DNA of 64,000 nucleotides from the NCBI GenBank assembly GCA_041640655.1, contig JBEPZV010000002.1:128001-192000 (forward strand), in the 5' to 3' direction. Positions 40,078-49,805 of this stretch are shown in pieces. Below the pieces are notes generated by a model. It was given only the letters and a program-made list of their open reading frames with translations, was not told the origin of the DNA and ran no database searches. The position numbers and the translations under genes are program-made. This stretch comes from a bacterium (lineage in GTDB: Bacteria; Acidobacteriota; Blastocatellia; HR10). Every line of letters begins with the position of its first letter. The stretch's first letter is position 1.

Positions 40078-41940
40078 TCACTCGCTGCGCTTCGAGATGA
40101 TGGCCAAGCCCAATTCCTCCAATTGCGCGGGCGAGACCTCACTCGGAGAATCGAGCATGAGATCGGTGGCGCTAGCCGTCTTCGGGAAAGCGATCACCTC
40201 GCGAATGGACGTCTCCCCCGCCAGCAGCATGATCAAGCGATCAAAGCCGAGAGCGATCCCCCCATGTGGGGGCGCTCCATATTCGAAGGCGTCCAGCAAG
40301 AAGCCGAATTTCCGTCGCGCCTCTTCCTCCCCGAGTCCGATCACACGGAAGACACGCTGCTGCACGTCTCGCCGGTGGATCCGAATGGATCCTCCACCAA
40401 TCTCCACGCCGTTCAGCACCAGATCATACGCCTTGGCGCGCACCGACGCCGGGTCCGTCTCCAACCGATCCACATCCTCATCGCGCGGAGAGGTGAAGGG
40501 ATGGTGCACGGCGCTCCATCGCTGCTCCGACGCCTCCCATTCGAACATGGGGAAATCAGTGATCCAGACGAATCGGAACTGCCCGCCATCGGCCAAGCCC
40601 TCGCGTCGCGCGATCTCCACCCGCAACAGCCCGAGCGTCTGGTTCACCACGGTACGGGGGCCGGCGGCGATGAGCACGAGATCGCCGCGCTCCGCCCCGA
40701 CAGCGCGCGCGAGTGCTTCCAGGCGCGCCGGTCTGAGCGCGGGCGCAGAGGCGATCTCCCCCTCGCCCAGCTTCACCCACGTCAGGCCGGAGAGTCCCGC
40801 GCGTCGCGCGAGGTCCGCTAACTCCTCCAACCGCTTTCGCGAATATTTCGCCCCCCCTCGCACGGCGATCCCCTTGATCACCCCCCCACCGTCGAGCGCC
40901 CGCCGATAGGGCGCGAACTCGACGTCCTGAAGCCAGGGGCTCACATCCACCAACTCCATTCCGAAGCGGAGATCCGGCTTATCCGTCCCATAGCGCTCGA
41001 TCGCCTCCGCGAAGGGGAGGCGGGGAAAGGGTCGGACGATCTCTCGCCCCACCAAGAGACACAGCTCCTCGATGAGCGGCTCAATGAGCGCGAAGATCAT
41101 CTCGGGTGTGGCGAACGACATCTCCACATCAATCTGCGTGAACTCCGGCTGGCGATCCGCGCGCAGATCCTCGTCGCGAAAGCAGCGCACGATCTGGAAG
41201 TACCGATCGAATCCCGCCACCATCAGGAGCTGTTTGAAGAGCTGCGGTGACTGCGGCAGGGCGTAAAATTTCCCCGGATGCAACCGGCTCGGGACGATGA
41301 AGTCGCGCGCTCCCTCGGGCGTGGACTTGATGAGCATCGGCGTCTCGATCTCCAGAAAGCCATGCCGATCGAAGTACTGGCGCACCGCGAGCGCCGCGCG
41401 ATGGCGCAGCAGGAGATTCCGCTGCAAGCGCGGCCGGCGCAGGTCGAGATAACGATACTTCAAGCGCACCTCTTCGGACGGCGGACTTCCCCGCTCGTCC
41501 TCAATGGGGAAGGGCGGCGTCTTCGCCGGGTTGAGGACGATCACCCGCTCGGCGACGACTTCGACTTCCCCGGTCGCGATCTTCGGGTTGACCGTCTCCG
41601 GCGCTCGGCACACGACCGTCCCGATGACGGCGATGACGTACTCGTTGCGCACCTGCTTGGCCACGGCATGCGCCTCCGGCGCCCGCTGCTCATCGCAGAC
41701 GATCTGCGTGATCCCGTAGCGATCGCGCAGATCCAGAAACGTCAGCGGGCCGAGATCGCGCCGCCGATGCACCCACCCCATGAGGATGACGCGCGCGCCG
41801 GCATGCTCCGGACGCAATTCGCCACAGGTGTGCGTGCGCACAAGCTCCTGGTCACACTCGCTCGCCCTCATGCCTCGCTCATCCGATCGCGCGACATCCA
41901 TCAGAGGCTCATCCCCCTCGTTTGACGTTCCCGCAGTCAA
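40078..41940 (-). CDS. aspS: Aspartate-tRNA ligase (true start may be 41901 or later)
   Basis: RTHTCGEL, TPEGARDF, LPQSPQLFKQ, FRDEDLRADRQPEF, GAPPHGG. Confidence 0.97.
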   Translation of the reverse strand: MTAGTSNEGDEPLMDVARSDERGMRASECDQELVRTHTCGELRPEHAGARVILMGWVHRRRDLGPLTFLDLRDRYGITQIVCDEQRAPEAHAVAKQVRNEYVIAVIGTVVCRAPETVNPKIATGEVEVVAERVIVLNPAKTPPFPIEDERGSPPSEEVRLKYRYLDLRRPRLQRNLLLRHRAALAVRQYFDRHGFLEIETPMLIKSTPEGARDFIVPSRLHPGKFYALPQSPQLFKQLLMVAGFDRYFQIVRCFRDEDLRADRQPEFTQIDVEMSFATPEMIFALIEPLIEELCLLVGREIVRPFPRLPFAEAIERYGTDKPDLRFGMELVDVSPWLQDVEFAPYRRALDGGGVIKGIAVRGGAKYSRKRLEELADLARRAGLSGLTWVKLGEGEIASAPALRPARLEALARAVGAERGDLVLIAAGPRTVVNQTLGLLRVEIARREGLADGGQFRFVWITDFPMFEWEASEQRWSAVHHPFTSPRDEDVDRLETDPASVRAKAYDLVLNGVEIGGGSIRIHRRDVQQRVFRVIGLGEEEARRKFGFLLDAFEYGAPPHGGIALGFDRLIMLLAGETSIREVIAFPKTASATDLMLDSPSEVSPAQLEELGLAIISKRSE

Positions 41941-43214
41941 CGGGACGCGCTCGCCGATGATGCGCGCGAGGCCACGAGCTTCTGCACGAGCGCGTCCTCC
42001 GAGAGCGCTTCCTGTGCGCCGGTCCGCATATCGCGAAGCGTATAGCGCCCGGCCGCCAACTCATCCTCGCCGATCAGCACCGCGTACCGCGCCCGCACGC
42101 GATCGGCTTGCGCCATGAGTCGCCGCAGCCTCCGCTCCTCAAAATCGTAGAGCACGATGAGACCCTCGCGGCGCAGCCGCCGGGCCAAGCGAAAGGCGTG
42201 TTGGCGCGCCGCCTCCCCCAGATAAGCGATGTAAAGGTCCGGCGCCTCATCGGCGACCGCCGCCTCCTCGGGCAGAGCCAGCAGAAGTCGCTCCACACCC
42301 AGCGCGAATCCGATCCCCTTAGCCGGCGGTCCGCCGAGCAATTCCGAGAGCCCATCGTAGCGCCCGCCACCAGCGATGGCATTCTGCGCCCCCAGTCGCG
42401 CGCCGGTGATCTCGAACGCCGTGCGCGTGTAGTAATCAAGCCCGCGCACAAGTCGGGGCGAGATCCGATAGGCGATCCCCCGAGCGTCCAGATGCCGCCG
42501 CAAGGTCTCGAAATGCGCCGCACACGCCGAGCACAGGTGATCCACCAACGCTGGCGCCCGCTCGATGAACGGTTGATCGCCCTCCACCTTGCAATCCAGA
42601 ATCCGCAGCGGGTTCGTCTCATACCGCCGCCGGCAGTTCTCGCACATGCGCGGGATCGCATCGGCCAGCGCCGCCTTCAAGCGTCGCACATATGCCGGAC
42701 GACACTGCGTGCATCCGACGGAATTCAAGAAGAGCGCGCGCTCTCGAACCCCCAGGCGTTCCAGATACTCCTCGACCATCTCGATCAGCTCGGCATCAAT
42801 GGCCGGATCATCCGTTTGCCCGATGGCCTCCGCGCCGATCTGATGAAACTGCCGGAAGCGCCCCTTCTGCGGCCGCTCATATCGAAAGTGCGGCCCGATA
42901 TAGAAGAGCTTCACCACGCTCCCCCACGTCCACATCTTGTGCTGAATGTAGGCGCGGACGACCGAGGCCGTGCTCTCCGGGCGCAGGCTCAAACTCTCGC
43001 CGCTGCGATCCGTGAATGTGTACATCTCCTTGGCGACGATGTCCGTCTCCTCACCCACACTGCGGGCGAACAGCTCCGTGCGCTCGAAGATCGGGGTTCG
43101 AATCTCACGATACCCATAGCACCGGAAGACAGCGCGCGCCGTCTCCTCCACCAACCGCCAGCGCGGCAGCTCATCGGGCAAGATGTCGAAAGTCCCCCGT
43201 ACCGTTTGGATCAT
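41937..43214 (-). CDS. hisS: Histidine-tRNA ligase
   Basis: LRPE.TA, FRYERPQKGR, LVRGLDYY, GGGRYDGL. Confidence 0.98.
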   Translation of the reverse strand: MIQTVRGTFDILPDELPRWRLVEETARAVFRCYGYREIRTPIFERTELFARSVGEETDIVAKEMYTFTDRSGESLSLRPESTASVVRAYIQHKMWTWGSVVKLFYIGPHFRYERPQKGRFRQFHQIGAEAIGQTDDPAIDAELIEMVEEYLERLGVRERALFLNSVGCTQCRPAYVRRLKAALADAIPRMCENCRRRYETNPLRILDCKVEGDQPFIERAPALVDHLCSACAAHFETLRRHLDARGIAYRISPRLVRGLDYYTRTAFEITGARLGAQNAIAGGGRYDGLSELLGGPPAKGIGFALGVERLLLALPEEAAVADEAPDLYIAYLGEAARQHAFRLARRLRREGLIVLYDFEERRLRRLMAQADRVRARYAVLIGEDELAAGRYTLRDMRTGAQEALSEDALVQKLVASRASSASASR

Positions 43215-43738
43215 CGCCCCGATCGCATCCGCTCCGCGAGATAGTGGTCCTTCAGCTCACAATAGCCTCGCCACCCTCCCTCGATCCGACGCCATTCCTC
43301 CTCGGTCAGCGCGCGCACGACGCGCGCCGGAACGCCCGCCACAAGCGATCCCGGAGGCACCACCGTCCCCTCGCGAACCACGGCACCGGCAGCGATGAGC
43401 GATCGTTCGCCGATGACGACGCCGTCCAAGAGAATGGCCCCCATCCCGATCAGACATTCATTCCCCACCGTGCATCCATGCACGATCGCGCGATGCCCGA
43501 CCGTGACGCGATCGCCGATGAGCGCGGGAAACCGACCACCGGTCACATGCACCACGGCTCCATCCTGGATGTTCGTATAGCTCCCAATGCGGATGAAGTG
43601 CACGTCCCCCCGCACCACCGCGTGAAACCAGATCGAAGAATGCTCCCCGATCTCCACATCCCCGATGACCGCCGCGCTCTCTTCCACAAAGGCCGTCTCG
43701 GCGATCTTGGGCCACGTCCCGCGAAACGGTAGAATCAT
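43211..43738 (-). CDS. Gamma-carbonic anhydrase family protein
   Basis: Hexapeptide repeats, RGD, NIQDG..H, VGH...HGC. Confidence 0.93.
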   Translation of the reverse strand: MILPFRGTWPKIAETAFVEESAAVIGDVEIGEHSSIWFHAVVRGDVHFIRIGSYTNIQDGAVVHVTGGRFPALIGDRVTVGHRAIVHGCTVGNECLIGMGAILLDGVVIGERSLIAAGAVVREGTVVPPGSLVAGVPARVVRALTEEEWRRIEGGWRGYCELKDHYLAERMRSGR

Positions 43739-43869
43739 CGTCCACCCCTCATGCGATGCCTCACTTCATCCTGGAACCCGTAAGGCTACCACATGACTTC
43801 TTCACCTGGCAAGAAATGGCGAAGACAGGGGACCTTCCGCCGATCACCACATGGTCGAAGAGTCACCCC

Positions 43870-44361
43870 TTATCGCCGTCCAAAGGTGAAGACGATGCCG
43901 ACTGAGAGTCGCGCGTTATTTTGCGTCTCGCCGCCGAAGCGTGTGAAGAGATAGTCGGCCTGCAGCAGTCGAAGCGTGAAGCGCTCATTCAATGGCACAT
44001 CCACACCGCCGCCAAAGACCATCCCGAAGGCGGAGAGCGCTCCGCCATCCCCCAACCGCGCTCCGCCGAACAGAAAATGCGTGAAGGCCGTGACCGTATT
44101 GCGCGCGGCGAATCGAGGCCCCACCGTGTACGCATGGAGGGAGAGGCCCGACCGATAATGACCGCTCACATCGGCGGCAATCCCCAACCAGGAATTCACG
44201 TTCCCCACAATCGAGACATTCCATCCGTGGGAATTGATGGCGTCCGCCAGCCGAGCGTACGAATAGCCAGCGAAGACCTCAACACGAGGGACCTCCTGAG
44301 CACCCCCCTGCTTCACTCCGCACAGGATGAGGCCGAGAACGATACCCAACCTTCTCCGCAT
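43870..44361 (-). CDS. Small outer-membrane beta-barrel protein
   Basis: Signal peptide, EVFAGYSY, GGGVD, QADY, GIVFTF end; ATG after GAGGAGGGG. Confidence 0.8.
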   Translation of the reverse strand: MRRRLGIVLGLILCGVKQGGAQEVPRVEVFAGYSYARLADAINSHGWNVSIVGNVNSWLGIAADVSGHYRSGLSLHAYTVGPRFAARNTVTAFTHFLFGGARLGDGGALSAFGMVFGGGVDVPLNERFTLRLLQADYLFTRFGGETQNNARLSVGIVFTFGRR

Positions 44362-44378
44362 GTCTCCCCTCCTCGCCT

Positions 44379-45101
44379 CTATCGAAGGGTCCCCTCGCCC
44401 ATCATCAGGCGCCATTCGCTCGATGAGACGGCGCCGCGGAGGGCGCCGTCGGCTGCGCCAACGCCTTTTGGTGAGAGGCTCTCGCCTGACCGACTGCACG
44501 CTCGAACGTCCGCGTCCACGCTGCGAGATGTCGCCGCAGCCTCCGCGTCACGGCGCGCGTAAAAACTCAAGACATTCTCCCCCTGTCGAAGCTGCCGCAC
44601 GCGCTCGAACTCACCGTAATGCGTTGCTAAGGCGCGCTTGGCATGATGCATGACGATGAGTATGCCCTCTGGCGCAAGCACCGAGGGCGTGCGCGCCAGA
44701 CGCTCCAACACGGCCTCGTAGAGCTCCGAGGCATACGGGGGATCGAAGAAGATCACGTCAAACGCCTCCCCCCGTCTCCCAAGCTGCTCCAAGGCGCGAG
44801 CCGCATCTTGCTGGAGGATCTCGATGCCCTCGCGAATCCCACAGGCGGCGAGATTTTGCCGAAGCTGTGCGATGACGATCCGCGAGCGCTCAACGAAGGT
44901 GACATGTCGAGCCCCACGGCTGAGCGCTTCAATCCCCACGGCTCCCGTTCCAGCACAGAGATCCAGAACGCGCGCCCCGATCAATCGCGGTCGCAAGACG
45001 TTGAAGAGCGCTTCCTTCAAACGATCGGGAATCGGACGGACCGCTCGCCCCGAGAGCCCCTTCAACCGCCGCCCCCTGTATATCCCCGCGATCACACGCA
45101 C
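44379..45101 (-). CDS. rsmD: 16S rRNA m2G966 methyltransferase
   Basis: MRVIAG..RGRRL, RP..DRLKEALFN, LDL.AGTG, FFDPPY. Confidence 0.94.
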   Translation of the reverse strand: MRVIAGIYRGRRLKGLSGRAVRPIPDRLKEALFNVLRPRLIGARVLDLCAGTGAVGIEALSRGARHVTFVERSRIVIAQLRQNLAACGIREGIEILQQDAARALEQLGRRGEAFDVIFFDPPYASELYEAVLERLARTPSVLAPEGILIVMHHAKRALATHYGEFERVRQLRQGENVLSFYARRDAEAAATSRSVDADVRACSRSGESLSPKGVGAADGALRGAVSSSEWRLMMGEGTLR

Positions 45102-45150
45102 GGAATCATCTTAATCGTGTCGCCCCGGAGGAGGCAATCAGCGATTGGTG

Positions 45151-45193
45151 AAAAAGAAAACCCCACCTCCCTCCGCAGGAGGGACCGGTGGGG
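45151..45193 (-). terminator. Rho-independent terminator after the small-peptide pair
   Basis: CCCCACC..TCCCTCC/GGAGGGA.GGTGGGG stem followed by TTTTCTTTTT. Confidence 0.8.
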
Positions 45194-45226
45194 ATTCGGA
45201 ATACAGAAGGCTCCTCCAGCTGCTCG

Positions 45227-45334
45227 CTACGGCCCCGAGGACACGCCAAGCAGCAGGAACACAAAGAGGAACAGCACCAAAAAGATCACAAGCACCAACA
45301 GGGTCGTCGTATCCATCTGACCTCTCTCGCGCAT
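45227..45334 (-). CDS. 35-aa hydrophobic peptide with a class III signal-like RG/Q motif (paralog 2)
   Basis: GGGAGGAG RBS; MRERGQMDTTTLLVLVIFLVLFLFVFLLLGVSSGP; below the ORF-track cutoff. Confidence 0.85.
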   Translation of the reverse strand: MRERGQMDTTTLLVLVIFLVLFLFVFLLLGVSSGP

Positions 45335-45421
45335 CGTCTACTCCTCCCAATAAGATGAGGCCGATACATCCCCTGCGTCTCGCTAGCGCGATGCCACAGG
45401 GGATCTCTGCTCAGAAGGCGC

Positions 45422-45532
45422 TTAGCCTCCGCCGCCGCCTCCTCCAAGCAGCAGGAACAGGAACAGGAACAAGATCACAAACGCCATCACGAGCACGAGC
45501 GTGAGCGTATCGAGTTGTCCTCTTTCGCGCAT
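45422..45532 (-). CDS. 36-aa hydrophobic peptide with a class III signal-like RG/Q motif (paralog 1)
   Basis: AAAGGAGAGG RBS; MRERGQLDTLTLVLVMAFVILFLFLFLLLGGGGGGG. Confidence 0.85.
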   Translation of the reverse strand: MRERGQLDTLTLVLVMAFVILFLFLFLLLGGGGGGG

Positions 45533-45574
45533 ATCGCCTCTCCTTTGCAAGATCGAGATTCAACATCGGTCCGG

Positions 45575-45603
45575 AGTATACAGAGAGTCCCTGGCATTGT
45601 CAA
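45575..45603 (-). promoter_or_regulatory. Near-consensus sigma70 promoter for the peptide pair
   Basis: TTGACA-N17-TATACT. Confidence 0.8.
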
Positions 45604-45708
45604 GGAAAAAATCGTATGCGCTTTTTCTCGTCGGAGAAGATGGGGCAGCTCGTGGGCTCCCACACGACCTTTGGGGCTCCACCGCAATGGTTGCTATAAT
45701 GCGGTGAT

Positions 45709-46806
45709 GTGAGGGAGACGCTTCTTGGACGAACGCGAGGCGAGCTGAAAGAGCTCCTCAAGGCGCGCGATCCGAAGCCGTACCGGGCGCACCAGCTCTT
45801 CGAGGCGCTCTATCGGCGGCGCATCACGGAGCTGCAGGCGGCGACTGATCTGCCCGCATCGCTTCGGGCGGCGCTCAGCGAGGCATTCGTCATCACCGAC
45901 GTCGAGATCGCCGACGTCTTTCGCGCGAGCGATGGGACGCGACGCTACGTGCTGCGCCTGCGGGATGGGGTGCTCGTCGAGTCGGTGTGGCTTCCCGAAC
46001 CCTATGCCGATACGATCTGCCTCTCGACGCAGGCTGGCTGCCCCTTGGCCTGTGCCTTCTGCATGACGGCTCGGCTGGGCTTGAGGCGAAATCTGGAAGC
46101 TGGAGAGATCGTGGCTCAAGTGTGGCTCATCCTCAACGACATCTACGGTCCGGGGGTGAGGCCGGAGCGGGGTGTCAATCTCGTCCTCATGGGGATGGGC
46201 GAGCCGCTCCTGAATTACGAGAACGTTTTGAAAGCGATCCGACTCTTCTGCGAACCTCGAGGGATGAACATCTCCCAACGGCGGATCACCCTCTCGACGG
46301 CGGGCGTCGTCCCGGGGATTCGGCGCCTCGCGCACGAACCCATCCGCCCGGAACTGGCCATCTCGCTCTCGGCCACGACGAACGCGCTGCGCGATCGGCT
46401 CATGCCGATCAATCGGCGATGGCCGCTCGAAGAGCTCCAGGCCGCATGTCGCGAGTATCCGCTCCGACGGAACGAATGGATCTCCTTCGAATACGTGATG
46501 CTCGACGACGTCAACGATCGTGAGGAGGATGCCCGGCGGCTCGTTCGCTGGCTCCGCGGGATTCGCGCGAAGGTGAATCTGATCCCGCACAATCCGGCTC
46601 CCGAGCTGCCCTTCGCCGCCTCGCCAGAGGAGCGCATACTGCGGTTCCAACACATCCTGCGCGCTGCCGGGATCCCGACATTCATCCGTCACCCTCGAGG
46701 CCGCGAGATCGCCGCCGCGTGTGGACAGCTCGCCGCCCGGCGACGAGAGGACCTCATGATGCTTCTCGCGTCGTCGCCCCCTCGCGATGTCGCAGCTCGC
46801 GAATGA
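45709..46806 (+). CDS. rlmN: Dual-specificity RNA m2A methyltransferase RlmN
   Basis: CLSTQAGCPLACAFC, MGMGEPL, FEYV, NLIP, AACGQL. Confidence 0.96.
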   Translation: MRETLLGRTRGELKELLKARDPKPYRAHQLFEALYRRRITELQAATDLPASLRAALSEAFVITDVEIADVFRASDGTRRYVLRLRDGVLVESVWLPEPYADTICLSTQAGCPLACAFCMTARLGLRRNLEAGEIVAQVWLILNDIYGPGVRPERGVNLVLMGMGEPLLNYENVLKAIRLFCEPRGMNISQRRITLSTAGVVPGIRRLAHEPIRPELAISLSATTNALRDRLMPINRRWPLEELQAACREYPLRRNEWISFEYVMLDDVNDREEDARRLVRWLRGIRAKVNLIPHNPAPELPFAASPEERILRFQHILRAAGIPTFIRHPRGREIAAACGQLAARRREDLMMLLASSPPRDVAARE

Positions 46807-48184
46807 GCTTCTCGTGAATCCCTCCGAAATCTCCATTGGAGAAGACGACGACGACATCCCCAGAGGTGAGTCGCGAACTGAGGTGCCGGACGATCTCCTC
46901 AACGGAGGAGAAGGCGTGAGCCGAACGCCCCCGCTCTCGAAGCGCGCGCGCCAGCTCCGGCGGAGAGAGCCGCGCGTCTTCCGGGACCACTTCGGGGCGA
47001 AACACCGGGCCGATGAGGGCGACATCGGCCAAGAGCAAGGCGTCCTCAAAGGCTCGTTGCATGATCCGAAGGCGCGAGGTCCGCGATCGCGGCTCGAAGA
47101 CGGCGATGAGCCGCCGATCGGGATATCGCTGCCGAAGCGCCTCCAGCGTGACGCGCACGGCCGTCGGATGATGCGCGAAGTCGTCAATGAGGGTGATCCC
47201 GGCGACCTCCGCCTTCACCTCCATGCGACGTCGGACGCTGCGGAAGCTGGCCAGAGCGCGAGCGAGCGCTTCGCGTTCGACGCCGAGCAACGTGGCCGCC
47301 GCGATGACGGCCAGACAATTGCGCACATTGAATATGCCGATCAGCGGCGTGACGAATTCGCCCAGCGAGCGATCGCCATGCCGCACCTCGAACCGGGTGC
47401 CGCGCTCATCCTGGCGGATGCCCACGGCGCGCCATTCGGCCTCCGGCGTCGTGCCAAACGAATGGACCGGACACCAGGCGCCAGCCACGACCTCGCGCAC
47501 GACCGGGGAATCGAAATCGGCGATCACGCGCCCGCGCCGCGGGATGATGTTGATCAATCGCCGAAAGGCCGTCTTCACCGCCTCCAGATCCGCATAGATG
47601 TCCGCGTGATCGAACTCGATGGCGTTCAGGATCACGGTATCCGGCAAATAATGCAGGAACTTCGGTCCTTTGTCGAAGAACGCCGTATCGTACTCGTCCC
47701 CCTCGATGACGAAGTGAGCGCTCTCGGTCCAGCGGAAATTCGTCTCGAAATTCTCGGCGATGCCGCCGATGAGGAAACTCGGGCGCAACCCGCCCTGTTC
47801 GAGCGCCCACGCCATGAGCGAAGTCGTCGTCGTCTTGCCATGCGTTCCGGCGATCACCACCGAATGCCGACCGCGAATGAACTCCTCCTTGAGGACCTCA
47901 GGCAGAGAGACATAGTGCAACTTCGCATCGAGCACATATTCGATCTCCGGATTCCCGCGTGAGAGGGCATTGCCAATGACGACGCGATCCGGATGGGGCT
48001 GCAGATGCTCCGGCCGGTATCCCCGGAAGACGGGGATCTCCAAGCGCTCGAGCAACTCCGACATCGGCGGGTAGATGTCCTGATCTGATCCCGTGACCCG
48101 ATATCCCTTGGCCAGCAGGAGTCCGGCCAAGCCCGCCATCGCCGTCCCGCCAATCCCGATCAGGTGATAGTGGCGCGCGCGCAT
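46754..48184 (-). CDS. mpl: Murein peptide ligase Mpl (MurC-like)
   Basis: GIGGTAM, YPPMS, GTHGKTTT, EGDEYDTAFFDK, DDFAHHPTA, FEPRS. Confidence 0.93.
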   Translation of the reverse strand: MRARHYHLIGIGGTAMAGLAGLLLAKGYRVTGSDQDIYPPMSELLERLEIPVFRGYRPEHLQPHPDRVVIGNALSRGNPEIEYVLDAKLHYVSLPEVLKEEFIRGRHSVVIAGTHGKTTTTSLMAWALEQGGLRPSFLIGGIAENFETNFRWTESAHFVIEGDEYDTAFFDKGPKFLHYLPDTVILNAIEFDHADIYADLEAVKTAFRRLINIIPRRGRVIADFDSPVVREVVAGAWCPVHSFGTTPEAEWRAVGIRQDERGTRFEVRHGDRSLGEFVTPLIGIFNVRNCLAVIAAATLLGVEREALARALASFRSVRRRMEVKAEVAGITLIDDFAHHPTAVRVTLEALRQRYPDRRLIAVFEPRSRTSRLRIMQRAFEDALLLADVALIGPVFRPEVVPEDARLSPPELARALRERGRSAHAFSSVEEIVRHLSSRLTSGDVVVVFSNGDFGGIHEKLIRELRHREGATTREAS

Positions 48185-48240
48185 AGGGCCTCAATGCTAC
48201 TGTCCGCCCGCCGATCCGTCAACGGATGACGCGATCCCCC

Positions 48241-48672
48241 TCACTCCGGCTCCACGCAGAGGAAGGCTTCGAGCGTCTTCAGCTTTCGCGCGCCCACGCC
48301 GCGCAGGACCAGCAGCTCCTCCACGCGATGGAACGGGCCGTGTCGTTCTCGATAGCGCACGATCTCCTGCGCCAGGACAGGGCCGATGCCCCGAATGGCC
48401 TGCAGCTCCGCCAGCGTCGCCCGATTCAGGTTCACCCTCCCGGGCGAACACACCCACTCGACGGATGGTCGCTGCTCACGGATCGCGCGCTCTTCCCTCC
48501 ACCGGCGAAAGCGCGCGAGCGCGAACACAAGCACGGCGAGGAGCACCACCGCGCTGGCGCCTCTGAGGCCGCGCGCGAGCGATTCGCGCCACTCGGTCTC
48601 CCTGATCTTCCGGCGCGCACGTCGAGCGACAGCGGCGATGATGCCCCACGCATTCCCGATAGAGCGCCTCAT
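48241..48672 (-). CDS. ComEA-family helix-hairpin-helix DNA-binding protein
   Basis: TM helix, VNLNRAT..EL, GIGP..A, GPF..VEEL..LRGVG. Confidence 0.85.
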   Translation of the reverse strand: MRRSIGNAWGIIAAVARRARRKIRETEWRESLARGLRGASAVVLLAVLVFALARFRRWREERAIREQRPSVEWVCSPGRVNLNRATLAELQAIRGIGPVLAQEIVRYRERHGPFHRVEELLVLRGVGARKLKTLEAFLCVEPE

Positions 48673-48944
48673 AATGCGCGCGCCCTTCCCGCGAAGGGGT
48701 TCACCGAGTCGGAAGTCCGCCGAAGCTGTCGCCGGACATCGGGACGCTCGACGATCCGGCGGAGCGGAGCCGTGATATCGCGCACGCCCCCGCGCTCGAA
48801 GAGCTCCTTGTTGTGACCGAGCTTGAGGCGTTCCATCCGCCCCCCGCACGCGCAGACGACCGAGCATTTGGCCGCGAGGGCCAGAGTCTCGATCCCGCCG
48901 ATCCCTTCGAGGGAGAAGCGATGAACGACTACTGCGATCCTCAC
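48669..48944 (-). pseudogene. Possible remnant of a GT4 glycosyltransferase N-terminus
   Basis: GGAGG RBS; MRIAVVVHRF...GGIET start typical of GT4, but the ORF ends after 91 aa. Confidence 0.3.
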
Positions 48945-48997
48945 GCCTCCTCATGTTAGCACACGCACGCGGCGCACGATGAGGCGAAGACCATGCT

Positions 48998-49027
48998 TTG
49001 ACAAGCACACGCCTCCCCCGTTAAACT
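48998..49027 (+). promoter_or_regulatory. Promoter for the peptidase C26-MFS pair
   Basis: TTGACA-N18-TAAACT. Confidence 0.6.
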
Positions 49028-49069
49028 GAAGGACTTTCGCGCGAGCGCCCTTTCAGTGGAGAGGGGGAT

Positions 49070-49792
49070 ATGAGGCGGCCGCTGATCGCCATCTCGATGC
49101 GAAGCCATCCGAGGCGGGCGCATTTTTACCTGGAGCGCTCATATGCGGAGGCGGTGCGCGCAGCCGGCGGTGTTCCGATCCTCGTCCCCGTGCTGCCGGA
49201 CCGCGCCCTCCTCTTCAATCTGGTGGAGCGATGTGACGGGGTGCTCCTCAGCGGGAGTCATAACGACGTGGATCCCCGCCGCTATGGGCATCCTCCGCAC
49301 GCGCGTTTGAGGTCGGTGCTGCCGGAGCGTGACCAGACCGATTGGTTGCTTCTTGAGGCTGCGGAAGTCTATCGCCGACCTGTACTCGCCATCTGTTACG
49401 GGATGCACGTGCTCAACGTCTTTCGGGGCGGCACGCTCTATCAGGATATCGCCTCGGAGCGAGAGAGGGCCGTGCGGCATGAACCGGACACGCCCGGGGA
49501 GCATCCCACCCATCGTATCCGGATCGCGGCGGGGACGCTTCTCGCCCATCTGGCCGGCGGGACGACAGCCGACGTCAACAGCTTCCACCATCAGGCTGTG
49601 AGAGACGTGGGGCGCGATCTGAAGCCGATCGCGTGGAGCGAGGACGGGATCATCGAGGCCGTGCTCGACGCGCGACCTGATGTGTTCATCCTCGGCGTCC
49701 AATGGCACCCGGAGCTGACGTTCGCCTCGGACGCCTTCTCACGGGCGATCTTCGCGCACTTCCTGCATGAGGCGGCCAGACGAGCATCATGA
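49070..49792 (+). CDS. Gamma-glutamyl-gamma-aminobutyrate hydrolase family (peptidase C26)
   Basis: LAICYGM, GGTLYQDI, VNSFHHQA, GVQWHPE. Confidence 0.93.
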   Translation: MRRPLIAISMRSHPRRAHFYLERSYAEAVRAAGGVPILVPVLPDRALLFNLVERCDGVLLSGSHNDVDPRRYGHPPHARLRSVLPERDQTDWLLLEAAEVYRRPVLAICYGMHVLNVFRGGTLYQDIASERERAVRHEPDTPGEHPTHRIRIAAGTLLAHLAGGTTADVNSFHHQAVRDVGRDLKPIAWSEDGIIEAVLDARPDVFILGVQWHPELTFASDAFSRAIFAHFLHEAARRAS

Positions 49793-49805
49793 CGCGGAGG
49801 CACAC

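Noticed and set aside
45227..46806. Small peptides as RiPP precursors for the neighbouring radical SAM enzyme
   Set aside because: The enzyme has all canonical RlmN motifs, is divergently transcribed and has no SPASM/RRE features; the peptides are simple TM helices.
48673..49008. Long N-terminal extension of ComEA
   Set aside because: Low-information sequence overlapping another ORF and a divergent promoter; the start at 48672 fits better.
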